A stretch of DNA of 64,000 nt from a virus (lineage: Duplodnaviria > Caudoviricetes): positions 1 to 64,000 of IMG/VR virus record IMGVR_UViG_2593339203_000002; one strand, given 5' to 3'. Positions 56,101-64,000 of the stretch are shown here, piece by piece (the first letter of the stretch is position 1; every line of letters begins with the position of its first letter). Both the position numbers and the translations under genes were made by a program. The notes beneath the pieces are model-generated. The model was given only the letters and a program-made list of their open reading frames with translations, did no database searches and was not told the origin of the DNA.

Positions 56101-56604
56101 TGGCTCTCAGCGTGGGACCGGACCGTGTTCGCCGCGTGCCAGCCGAGCTATCACATGCTCAAGGGCGGTGACGGCCGCTGGCAGCTCCGCGCCGTGCTCT
56201 CCGTGCCCGTACCCGGCCACTCCTCCCCGCTCATCGCCGCGGCGGTCGAGCGGTCCAACCTCGCGTTGGCGGCCTCCGCCGCCCTGGCCCCCGCCGCCGG
56301 GACGGAGGGCGTCATCGTCACCGCACCCCGGACGGCCGGGGACCTCGAGGTGGCGGCGCAGCCGCTCACCGTCTCCGCCGCTGGCGCCCTGGTCCCCACC
56401 GTGGACGTACCCGGCCCTTCCGTCCCGGCGACGGACACGGCCGCGCTCACCGCGGCACTCCTGGAACGCCCGGACGTCCTGGACCGGTTGGCGGACGCCC
56501 TGGACGCCCGCCGCACCACCAGGGAGGAGGAGCGGCGCGCCGAGGTAGAACGCCTCTCCGCCTCCTTCGCGAAGGTCCCGGCCGGGACCACCGCCTCCTT
56601 CTGA
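53143..56604 (+). CDS. MuF-like minor head protein fused to a 2H phosphoesterase, a probable maturation-protease region and a wHTH
   Basis: KQWRTRGD.KVR..H...NCRC (MuF); HLTL and PHVC (2H); GAAEVARAVKVSVSTARRHLNEAV (HTH). Confidence 0.8.
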   Translation: MADGEASLQEAEAEVGRTVRNVLREVAAEFTDAVRDADELVAARFSVGSIARMWTSRVPRIVRKLLGVSETAANEAAGDVGGELDDTWRDLPGRYDDGRELPPGMGQYVETTEHLLRAVGDRLADVAREELAAGVEAGEDVDQLRDRLRARFAADGAQLGRARQERTAATEASRAWNTATLEAGRALTGPDRPLVKQWRTRGDRKVRDAHDDVDGQLRLLDEPFRVGGHDMDGPGDPTAPASLVVNCRCRLRLARAERAALTPQSEDDGRAPSNESQEAPVGAPTNVTAAADGSHLMGGMIALIPTEEDAARLAIEGGEDAGELHLTLYFLGDQGGDWTQDQRQDLAGRVRSWLADLSGPVTGRAFGANHWNAGSDSPSWVWAVGDDRDADAPGLTDIHDAITEALEDTHERPELPRQHSPWVPHVCAAYSDDPALLEQLEARLGPITFDRVRLAFAGDHIDIPLTPEEEPMPEEESAAGMPTRAWSTPGDTALAFENQTTGDGRVFAPGALEWTGPGPWPLQYADQMLGGHEGAELAGAITTVSRDGDRIPGAGVLYLSQRAGAEAAMLLEEEAPLGVSVDLDDVDVEFVDRTLEEGEDGVLVLAASLASASVLHMEDGGWCISAHPAVEWEASAGVLSRQRPTVQLITGPGGQVNASSIVNAFAGTGLLPDRIMAAAGEPDDPDAGVVVHAENSGDFLIRITRARLRGATLVSVPAFAGARIVLDPLEDEEEARAASARAARLDDITAASGETRKRVVTYVRSCPGPVGAAEVARAVKVSVSTARRHLNEAVKEGHLVRLRPGLYTGASSIPEGQEETASAAPAGAHAAVGGPHLHPVPEEVMTDLVASAWTAMQDADPMPAAWFAEPTEAELPDGSGGVHYSGGRIYGWVARAGEPHAGHPGRNLTVESLGQLDMSHFLRARFKLDDGTFVKAGAFTMNVPHSRDGAECDTAACQFDDTRTVAGVITTGLNERGLWFSGAAAPWLSAWDRTVFAACQPSYHMLKGGDGRWQLRAVLSVPVPGHSSPLIAAAVERSNLALAASAALAPAAGTEGVIVTAPRTAGDLEVAAQPLTVSAAGALVPTVDVPGPSVPATDTAALTAALLERPDVLDRLADALDARRTTREEERRAEVERLSASFAKVPAGTTASF

Positions 56605-56632
56605 CCCCCGACCACCTGAGAGGAGCACCGCC

Positions 56633-57034
56633 ATGGCGTGCGCGTGCCAGAACAAGCACAAGTCGTTTGAGGTCGTCACGAAGGCTGGCACCGCCACCCG
56701 GCCAGCGTTCACCAGCAGCAGCCAGGGCACCGCGGAAGCCGTCGCCGACCGCTACCCCACCGCCATCGTCCGGGACAAGAAGACCAGCGAGCCCGTCTAC
56801 TTCGCGTGGCCGAAGGGCACGTACGAGGTCGTCCTGCAGGCCGGGGACGGGCCGGTCCTCAAGGCCGCCGCCCACGTACGCAACGGCAGCGACCGGGGCA
56901 CGCTCAAGGCCCTCGCGGACGACCGGGCCGGGGAGGGCGCCGTGGTCCGCTCCACCACGGACGGCACCGTGGTCTACCCCCTGGCCGCCGCTCTGACCGC
57001 CGCAGCCGTCCAGACGGCCCCCGCCACCCCGTAG
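56633..57034 (+). CDS. Small head-associated protein with internal duplication
   Basis: MACAC start; FEVV...AVADR..AIVR / YEVV...ALADD..AVVR. Confidence 0.6.
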   Translation: MACACQNKHKSFEVVTKAGTATRPAFTSSSQGTAEAVADRYPTAIVRDKKTSEPVYFAWPKGTYEVVLQAGDGPVLKAAAHVRNGSDRGTLKALADDRAGEGAVVRSTTDGTVVYPLAAALTAAAVQTAPATP

Positions 57035-57131
57035 CGTCCTGCCGTCACCCCTGGTAGGCAGCTACTATTCAGCCCTAGCAGACCGCTGGTTTTGGGCCGG
57101 GTCCCCAGCTTCAACACTGGAGACCCGACCC

Positions 57132-58832
57132 ATGGCCGACGAGTTCGAGCTCCCGCAGGACCTCAACCAGCTCTCCGACTCCGCGTTCCTCACGTCCCTC
57201 TCGGACGAGGAACTGGCGGACGCCCTCAGCGTCTCGTCCGTGACCTTCGCCGCGCTCTCCGCGCAGGACGCCATCACGGACGATGCTCTCCAGCAGATGC
57301 GCGCCCTGGCCACCGGCTCCGAGGCGATCCGGCTGGAGCAGCGCTCCCGTACCGAGGCCGCGGAAGCCGCCGCCGCCGAGATCGAGGCCATGGCCGCCCG
57401 GGTCCGCGGAGACCAGGCCACCACCGAGGAGACGGCGGCAGCCGAGGGCGGGGAGGGCGGTGACGGCCAGGAGGCCACCGCCTCCACCGAGACCGCCCCG
57501 GCCGCTCCGGAGCAGCCCGCGGCACCCGCGGCCCCGGCCGCGCCGGCGGCGACGGCGTCCGCGGTCGTCGCCCGGCCGCCGCTCAACCTGAGCGCGGTCC
57601 GCCGCGTCCAGCCGCGCGTCCTCCCCGAGGCCCCGGCCCCCACGACCCGCATCACCGCGGCCGTGGACGTCCCCGGCTACACCCCGGGCGCGCCCCTGGA
57701 CTTCGACGACATCACCGCCGGCATCATCAGCCGCGCCAACGCGCTCAAGACGGCCGGCGGCGGGGTCGGGCAGGTGATCTCCTACCGGCACCCGTACGAG
57801 CAGGACCAGATCGTCACGGACTCCTCCTCCGCGCCGGAGGGGACCACAGTCTCCCTGAGGGCGTCGGACCAGCGGCGCCTTCCGCAGAAGGAGCTCGTCG
57901 CCTCCGGTGGCTGGTGCGCGCCGTCGGAGACGATCTACGAACTGACGGACACCGCGTGCCCTGACCTCCTCTGGGACGCACCGGAGATCCAGCTTGCGCG
58001 AGGTGGCCTGCGCTACTACAAGCCGCTCTCCCTGGACGTCGCCGCCATGACGTGGGTGCACACGGAGGCGGACGACATCTCCGGGGCCGAAAAGCCCTGC
58101 TACCGGGTGCCGTGCCCCGACCCGGTCGAGGTCCGGTGTGACGCGATCGGCGTCTGCCTGGAGGCTGGCATCCTCACGCAGCGCCACTTCCCGGAGCTCG
58201 TCTCCTGGTACCTCCGCAACGCCATGGTGGCGCACGAGATCCGCGTCAAGCAGTACCTCTTCCAGCAGGCCCTGAACACGGCCACGACGGTGGACATCCC
58301 GCAGTCCTTCGGCGCGCTCTCCTCCGTCTTCGCGGCGGTGGCGCTCCAGGCCGCCGACATGATCGAGCGTCACAGCCTCTGCGAGTCCACGGCCCTGGAG
58401 GTCGTGTTCCCGTACTGGTCCCGTCAGCTCTTCCTCGCGGACCTGGCGCGGCAGAACGGCAAGGACATCTGCGACCTCGACCCGGGGTGCATCCAGAACA
58501 CGTTCGCCAAGCTCGGCGTACGCGTCCAGTTCGCCCGCGGCCTCAACCCGGCCGTGCCGGACGAGATCGGCGGGGAGACCCCGGCCACCGCGTTCCCGTC
58601 CACCGTGAAGTTCCTCATCTACCCGTCCGGCGGGCTGGTCATCGGACGCGGCGAAGAGGTCAATCTCGGGGTAATTCATGATTCAACTAAGTTCCGGTTC
58701 AACGACTACACGGCGCTTTTCGCGGAGGAATGCACGGCCCTCGTGGACAGGTCGGTGGACACCCGGCTGGTGACCGTCCCGGTCTGCCCGTCCGGTGAGA
58801 CCGGCGCACAGACCCTCCTCGCCTGCGCCTGA
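57132..58832 (+). CDS. Major capsid protein with N-terminal scaffold-like region
   Basis: Helical/Ala-Pro N-terminus; LVASGGWCAPSE motif; position in the head operon. Confidence 0.8.
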   Translation: MADEFELPQDLNQLSDSAFLTSLSDEELADALSVSSVTFAALSAQDAITDDALQQMRALATGSEAIRLEQRSRTEAAEAAAAEIEAMAARVRGDQATTEETAAAEGGEGGDGQEATASTETAPAAPEQPAAPAAPAAPAATASAVVARPPLNLSAVRRVQPRVLPEAPAPTTRITAAVDVPGYTPGAPLDFDDITAGIISRANALKTAGGGVGQVISYRHPYEQDQIVTDSSSAPEGTTVSLRASDQRRLPQKELVASGGWCAPSETIYELTDTACPDLLWDAPEIQLARGGLRYYKPLSLDVAAMTWVHTEADDISGAEKPCYRVPCPDPVEVRCDAIGVCLEAGILTQRHFPELVSWYLRNAMVAHEIRVKQYLFQQALNTATTVDIPQSFGALSSVFAAVALQAADMIERHSLCESTALEVVFPYWSRQLFLADLARQNGKDICDLDPGCIQNTFAKLGVRVQFARGLNPAVPDEIGGETPATAFPSTVKFLIYPSGGLVIGRGEEVNLGVIHDSTKFRFNDYTALFAEECTALVDRSVDTRLVTVPVCPSGETGAQTLLACA

Positions 58833-58918
58833 GCGGCACCTCCCGCCCGAGACGTGCCGGGCCCGCGGACCTGAGACGCGGGCCCGGCACCCCCTGACCC
58901 TGACTGGAGGTCCGCGCG

Positions 58919-59758
58919 ATGCCGGGTATGCGCAAGCTCGTTCAGCCGATCCCGGGCGTGCCGCTACCGCACGGCATCCTCAACGCCTGCACCACCGTGG
59001 AGGACGTCACGGACGTCCATGAGCTCATGGGCGTGGAGTGGCGGGCCCTCGGCTGCTGCCCCGTCCACGAGTGGAAGGACCCGTGCCTGACGGACGACTC
59101 CCCCGGGGAGGAGTCCCCCGGCGAGCCGGTAGCCAAGCAGTTCTGCAGGCCGGAGTTCGAGCACGCCCAACCCATCACGCTCTACGCCGGCGCGGAGTGC
59201 TCCACGTTCGGCTGGTCCTACGAGGAGGCCGTGACCCACGCCCGGGCCACGATGGCCCTCGGGGAGCAGCACGGCCTGGAGGCCGCGTTCTGGTCCGGGA
59301 AGCTCACCGTGGACGCGGTGGACCTCACCCCCGCGGCCGGGCCGGTGTCCGTCGCGCAGGGCGTCGCGGCGCTGGAAGGCTGCTTGGCCGAGTCCTACGG
59401 CGGCGTGGGCGTCCTCCACGTTCCGGCCGGTGCCGCCGCGCTCCTCGGCTGCTGCAACGTCCTCACGAGGGACCCGGCCACCGGGAGCCTGGAGACCCTG
59501 GCGGGGAACTGCGCCGTGATCGGTGCCGGCTACTCCGCCGAGAACACCGGGCCGGGCGGTATCCCGGCCGAGCCGGGGACGGCCTGGCTCTACATCACCG
59601 GGCCCGTCCACATCCGGCGCGGCCCCCTGGACGTCATCCCGGACCGGTCCGCGTCCGTCAACCCCCGCACCAACGATCGCCGCGTGCTGGTGGAGCGGAC
59701 GTACGTGGTCGGCACGACGTGCACCGTGTGCGCGGTGCTCGTGGAGGTCTGCGCGTGA
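58919..59758 (+). CDS. Second capsid-like protein (possible pentamer/minor capsid protein)
   Basis: Follows the MCP; P.TLYAG.ECS..G, G..ALE..LA..Y, N.R.VLVERTYVV. Confidence 0.55.
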   Translation: MPGMRKLVQPIPGVPLPHGILNACTTVEDVTDVHELMGVEWRALGCCPVHEWKDPCLTDDSPGEESPGEPVAKQFCRPEFEHAQPITLYAGAECSTFGWSYEEAVTHARATMALGEQHGLEAAFWSGKLTVDAVDLTPAAGPVSVAQGVAALEGCLAESYGGVGVLHVPAGAAALLGCCNVLTRDPATGSLETLAGNCAVIGAGYSAENTGPGGIPAEPGTAWLYITGPVHIRRGPLDVIPDRSASVNPRTNDRRVLVERTYVVGTTCTVCAVLVEVCA

Positions 59759-60423
59759 ACGACTTCATCCGTATCCGCCCGGCCGCGCGCCGGCGTGTGC
59801 CGTTCGCCCGGTGGGCGGTGAGCCAGAACCCGAAGATCCGCACCGTCAGCCAGTCCGAGTTCGGCGTCCCGCCAGTCCTCTTCGTCGACATGCCGGAGGA
59901 CCTACTCCGCGGCTCCCTGGTCGACGGCCGCCCGTACGTCTCCCCCCTCGACCAGGAGGAGGAGACAGAGGCGGCCGGACCGGGCGCGCCGGAGCTCCTG
60001 GGCGTCGCCACGCGCGGCCCGGACGGCTTCCTGGAGGCGGTCCCGGGCCAGCCGCTCCCGGAGGTCCCCGCCCACATCTACGGCCCGGACGCCGTCCCGC
60101 TCCCGGCCGACTTCGCGCCGCTGGAGGACGCCCCCGAGACGTACGAGCTCTCCGGTGTCCTGGTGGGGGAGACCGGCCCGGAGACCTATGTCCCCCTCGG
60201 GGACACCAGCGGGGACACCCCCGGGGGCGCCCTCGCGCAAGGAGGGGACACGGCCGGAGAGACACCGGCCGTGACCAGCGAGGACACCCCGGGGGACACC
60301 GGAGACACGGCGGGGGACACCAGCGGGGGCACCGGCCGGTCGTTCCCGTGCGGGGCGTGCCCGCGCGCCTTCAAGAGCGAGCGCGGCCGGGACTCCCACC
60401 GCCGCCAGGTCCACGGGAGGTAG
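59755..60423 (+). CDS. Protein with GDT repeats and C-terminal C2H2 zinc finger
   Basis: FPCGACPRAFKSERGRDSHRRQVH. Confidence 0.65.
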   Translation: MNDFIRIRPAARRRVPFARWAVSQNPKIRTVSQSEFGVPPVLFVDMPEDLLRGSLVDGRPYVSPLDQEEETEAAGPGAPELLGVATRGPDGFLEAVPGQPLPEVPAHIYGPDAVPLPADFAPLEDAPETYELSGVLVGETGPETYVPLGDTSGDTPGGALAQGGDTAGETPAVTSEDTPGDTGDTAGDTSGGTGRSFPCGACPRAFKSERGRDSHRRQVHGR

Positions 60424-60426
60424 CCG

Positions 60427-61344
60427 GTGCCGGTCGAACCAATCCCCTGCGCCCCGGGCGGCGGTGGCGAGCCCCCCGGCCCGTCCTGCTGCGCCCCGTC
60501 CATCGCCTCCACGCCCCTGTGCCAGGAGGACGGGACCACCATCCTCCTGGTGCTCCGCTCCGCGTGCGCGTGTGACGGCGCGGAGCCCACACCGCCGGAA
60601 GTCGTCGGCTGGCTCGATCCGGTCACCGGCGACTTCACGGAGGGCCCGGCACCGGCCGGCGCCGGGCCGTGCGGCGCGGACGACTGCGCGTCCGTCTCCC
60701 TCCTCCGCCTGTGCGACCTGACGGAGGAGGAGTGCGTCCCGTTCCTCCGCCACCTGGTCCACGACTGCACGGGCGCCGTCACCTCGAGCACGGACACCGC
60801 CCTGGACGGCGTCACCCCCTACACGCCGACCGGAACGGTAGGGGACTGCGAGGACTGCCCGTGCCCGCCGAAGACGCGCGTACTCCCGCTCTGTGACTAC
60901 CTCGGCCCGGGCCCCACGCCCGTCGTCCAGTTCCTCCGCCACGTCACCTACGACTGCACCACCGGCGAGGTCCTGGAGCAGACGGACACCCTCCCGGACG
61001 CGGTGACGCCGTACACGCCCGTGGGGGAGGTCGGGGAGTGCGGCCAGTGCCGGCCCACCCCGATGTGCCCCACCCTCCTCGGCCTCTCCGGCCCGGAGAC
61101 CTGGTCCATGCCGGAGGGCACGGAGTCGCTGGCCATCACCGTGGCGTGCGGCCCCGTCACCGTCACTGACTGCTCCGGGAACGCGACCACGATCAACGAG
61201 TGCGGCGCCTCCTTCACCTGGGCTGCCCCGCCTGGCGACTGCACCCCCGGACGCCTCTGCACTCCCGTCACGGTCGACGTCCCCGAGGGCGCGGCCGTCT
61301 ACCTCAACCTGCTCATCCCGTGCGGCATGGGAGACGTCTCGTGA
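60427..61344 (+). CDS. Cys-rich repeat structural protein
   Basis: Two LCD..FLRH..DC.G..TPYTP.G.VG.C repeats. Confidence 0.7.
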   Translation: MPVEPIPCAPGGGGEPPGPSCCAPSIASTPLCQEDGTTILLVLRSACACDGAEPTPPEVVGWLDPVTGDFTEGPAPAGAGPCGADDCASVSLLRLCDLTEEECVPFLRHLVHDCTGAVTSSTDTALDGVTPYTPTGTVGDCEDCPCPPKTRVLPLCDYLGPGPTPVVQFLRHVTYDCTTGEVLEQTDTLPDAVTPYTPVGEVGECGQCRPTPMCPTLLGLSGPETWSMPEGTESLAITVACGPVTVTDCSGNATTINECGASFTWAAPPGDCTPGRLCTPVTVDVPEGAAVYLNLLIPCGMGDVS

Positions 61345-62801
61345 GCTGTGACAACTGCTGCCCGCCCGTCATCCTCGGCGGCTCCGGCCAGCCCGGCCCC
61401 CAAGGACCCGCAGGGCCGACGGGTCCGCCCGGCCCGGGAGTATGCGTCTCCAACGACCCGGGGAACGCCCTCCAGCTCGGCACGGACGGCTGCATGTACG
61501 TCGCCGAAGCGGACGCCGGCGCCGAGGGCCCGCCCGGCCCCCAGGGACCCGCAGGCCCGGCCGGACCGGCCGGAGAGGGCGTGTGTATCTCCACGGACCC
61601 GGACAACGCCCTCCAGCTCGGCACGGACGGCTGCATGTACGTCGCCGCGGCCGAGGCCGGCGCCGAGGGCCCGCCCGGCCCCCAGGGACCCGCAGGCCCG
61701 GCCGGACCGGCCGGGGAAGGCGCGTGCATCTCCACCGACGCCGGGAACCAGCTCCAGGAGGGCACAGACGGCTGTCTCTACGTCGCCGAGCCCGCCCCCG
61801 CAGAACTGTGCATTGCCGCCGACTCGGCGGACGTCCTGGCCGTGGACGCGAACGGCTGCCTCAGCCTCACCACCGACCCGACCGGCCCCGTACGGCCCGG
61901 GGAGAACGGACTCACCCTCTGCCTGTCCGAGGACCCCGGCCAGACCGCGACCCTGGACGGTGACGGCTGCCTCCTGGTCACCGGCGGCGGCACCGGCGCG
62001 CTGCCCGTCGTGGAGATGACCACCGCGGTCGAGGTGTTCGAGGAAGACGGCACCTTCGACCCGGCCGCCTACCCCGGGCTTCAGTACGTGCGTGTCCGTG
62101 TCCAGGGTGCGGGTGGCGGCTCCACCGGGTCCGGGCCCAACCCCGGCCCGGTCGGCTCAGGGTTCGTGTCGATCGGCGCGGCCGGCGGGGGCGGCGGCTA
62201 CAGCGAATCCCTCCTCAACGCCGCCGACCTGCCCGGGCCCGTCCCGGTCGCTATCGGGGCGGGCGGTGCCGGATCGCCGGTCAACGTCAACGCGGGGAAC
62301 GGCGGAGGGTCCTCCTTCGGCACGCTCGTCACCGCGAACGGGGGCTCGGGCGGCTTCCTCACCAACGGCGGGATGCCGGAGTCCTGGGACGACTCCCGGG
62401 GCCAGATCGCCCGCGCCGGCGGTGGCACCACCACTGCGGCAGGCCAGCTGAAGATCCCGGGCAGCGCGAGCATGCCCGGATGGGCGGCAGGCGGCGGCGC
62501 CCTGGTCGACGTCCCGCAAGTCCCCACCGGCACCGTCATGAACTCCCGGATGAGCTTCGGCGGCAACGGCGGCGGCTCCCACCTCGGCGGCGCCTCCGCC
62601 GGCGGCAAGAGCAGCGGACCGAACGACACCACCGTGGGTGTCGGCTCCGCCCTCGGCTACGGCAGCGGCGCACCGGCGCCCGCCTCCGCATCCGGGAGCG
62701 GTACCGGCGGCGGCAACCCGAGCCCCGCGGTGCCCGGCCGGGACGGAGCGCCGGGGGTCGTGATCGTCGAGGTCCACATGCTCACCGTCACCGCCGCCTG
62801 A
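61341..62801 (+). CDS. Collagen-like/Gly-rich fibre protein
   Basis: GPxGPx triplets in a 47-aa Cys-containing unit; Gly-rich C-terminus (GAGGG...GAPGVVIVE). Confidence 0.75.
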   Translation: MSCDNCCPPVILGGSGQPGPQGPAGPTGPPGPGVCVSNDPGNALQLGTDGCMYVAEADAGAEGPPGPQGPAGPAGPAGEGVCISTDPDNALQLGTDGCMYVAAAEAGAEGPPGPQGPAGPAGPAGEGACISTDAGNQLQEGTDGCLYVAEPAPAELCIAADSADVLAVDANGCLSLTTDPTGPVRPGENGLTLCLSEDPGQTATLDGDGCLLVTGGGTGALPVVEMTTAVEVFEEDGTFDPAAYPGLQYVRVRVQGAGGGSTGSGPNPGPVGSGFVSIGAAGGGGGYSESLLNAADLPGPVPVAIGAGGAGSPVNVNAGNGGGSSFGTLVTANGGSGGFLTNGGMPESWDDSRGQIARAGGGTTTAAGQLKIPGSASMPGWAAGGGALVDVPQVPTGTVMNSRMSFGGNGGGSHLGGASAGGKSSGPNDTTVGVGSALGYGSGAPAPASASGSGTGGGNPSPAVPGRDGAPGVVIVEVHMLTVTAA

Positions 62802-62826
62802 GCGGCCACCAGCAAGGAGAACCACA

Positions 62827-64000
62827 GTGCCCAGCGGCGGGAACTTCAGCTCATGCAACTGCGGCCCGGACGTGTCGGCATGTGACAGCCCGACACAGCC
62901 CGTGGCCACGGTCGGCCTCTGCCTCGCGGACGGCTCCCCGATCGCGGTCACCGTCGTACGGGACTGCGCCGGCACCGTCACCAGCGAGGGATGGATCGAC
63001 CTCACCACGGGCGCGTGGTCGTCCGGTCCGCCACCGGCCGGGACCATCGCGTGCGGCGACAGCCGGTCCATCACGACGAACGGCACCTTCTGTGACGTCC
63101 TGGAGGACGGCACGGTCGCCGGCCTGGTCCTCGTCGAGTACCAGTACGCCGCCGACGGCTCGATCGCGTCCGTGCGCCTGGTCGACGCCGTCACCGGGAC
63201 CACCTACACCCCGCAGGGCGAGGTGACCACCTGCCCCGCCGGGGTCGAGGCGCCGGAGCGGGACATGCTCCAGCTCTGCGACACCACCGATGACGAGTCC
63301 GGCGCGATCACCAGCGTGCCGTTCCTGCGGGACTACGCGCGGGACGAGTCCGGCGCGGTGGTCGGGCACACCGACTACACCCTGGACGGGGACCCGTACA
63401 CGCCGTCCGGCACCGTCGGCGTCTGCGGCCCCCAGACCGAGCCCGTGGAGCCGTGCGCGTCGACCGTCACCGTGCTGCGCCTGTGCGACCTCAACCCCGA
63501 CGCACCCCCGGACGACGAGGGCAAGCGGTGCGCCATCCCGTTCCTGCGGCACCTCGTCCACGACTGCACCGGTGCCCTTGCGGAGACCCGCGACACCACC
63601 ACGGACGGCACCACCCCGTACACGCCCGTCGAGGCCGTGGACTGCGGCTCCGGCGGCGTCCCGGCCATGGTGGAAGTTCCCTGGGAGGTCGTGGACATCC
63701 AGCCGGACCCGGCCAGCCCGGTCGGCCGCGGCCTCATCTACACCCTCTCGCCGATCGACGACCCGGCAACGGTGGGCACGGTCACGGTCACCACCACGGC
63801 CACCGCGAACACCGCATGCCCCGGCACCCCGCCCTCGTACAACTTCCGCAACCCGTGCACGTACACGTTCACGCCGGACCAGGCGCTCCAGGACGCGGCC
63901 ACCTACGTGCGCTGCGACTTGATCGACTTCGACACCTTCGAGCCGGTCACCGGCCTGAACCCGCCGCCGTCCCGGCTCGGCGGAACCGCGTACTGGGACG
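62827..64000 (+). CDS. Large Cys-rich repeat protein, truncated by the window end (not in ORF track)
   Basis: AAGGAG RBS + GTG; open frame with the same LCD..FLR..YTP repeat as 60427-61344. Confidence 0.7.
   Translation, partial: MPSGGNFSSCNCGPDVSACDSPTQPVATVGLCLADGSPIAVTVVRDCAGTVTSEGWIDLTTGAWSSGPPPAGTIACGDSRSITTNGTFCDVLEDGTVAGLVLVEYQYAADGSIASVRLVDAVTGTTYTPQGEVTTCPAGVEAPERDMLQLCDTTDDESGAITSVPFLRDYARDESGAVVGHTDYTLDGDPYTPSGTVGVCGPQTEPVEPCASTVTVLRLCDLNPDAPPDDEGKRCAIPFLRHLVHDCTGALAETRDTTTDGTTPYTPVEAVDCGSGGVPAMVEVPWEVVDIQPDPASPVGRGLIYTLSPIDDPATVGTVTVTTTATANTACPGTPPSYNFRNPCTYTFTPDQALQDAATYVRCDLIDFDTFEPVTGLNPPPSRLGGTAYWD

Noticed and set aside
1-64000. Impression of restriction-site avoidance (CTGGAC/GTGGAC and CTCCAG preferred over TCGA and CTGCAG contexts)
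   Set aside because: Such sites do occur, and the claim needs k-mer counts that I cannot run
1-64000. tRNA/rRNA genes, integrase, att sites, protelomerase
   Set aside because: None recognisable in the window, so integrated versus plasmid state cannot be decided

Overview
This very GC-rich window looks like part of a temperate Streptomyces-type (actinobacterial) phage or phage-plasmid. No integrase, TraB or tail/lysis genes are visible; the last ORF runs off the end. In order: an immunity switch (divergent XRE repressor and Cro with ACTACGCGCTA boxes); early recombination genes (YqaJ, RecT, DnaQ-like, RusA, WhiB); an Arr-like ADP-ribosyltransferase; a replication initiator with internal iterons; a train of small Cys/His-rich ORFs; a plasmid-type spd-like membrane operon behind a perfectly palindromic bidirectional promoter; a ~10 kb cassette array with repeated TTGACTTTGCAAAGT promoter/operators (including a PP2C phosphatase); two ParB-like genes flanking a Tad2-like gene; a three-gene DNA-modification cluster; terminases; portal; a MuF/2H-phosphoesterase fusion; capsid genes; and Cys-rich/collagen-like structural proteins. 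The strongest candidate for a new system is 40581-44153: a C5-cytosine methyltransferase with Arg in place of the motif X Asn, an AsnB-like amidotransferase and a CmoA-like Cx-SAM synthase. Together they suggest cytosine carboxymethylation followed by amidation. All family calls are from motif recognition by eye; no searches were run.
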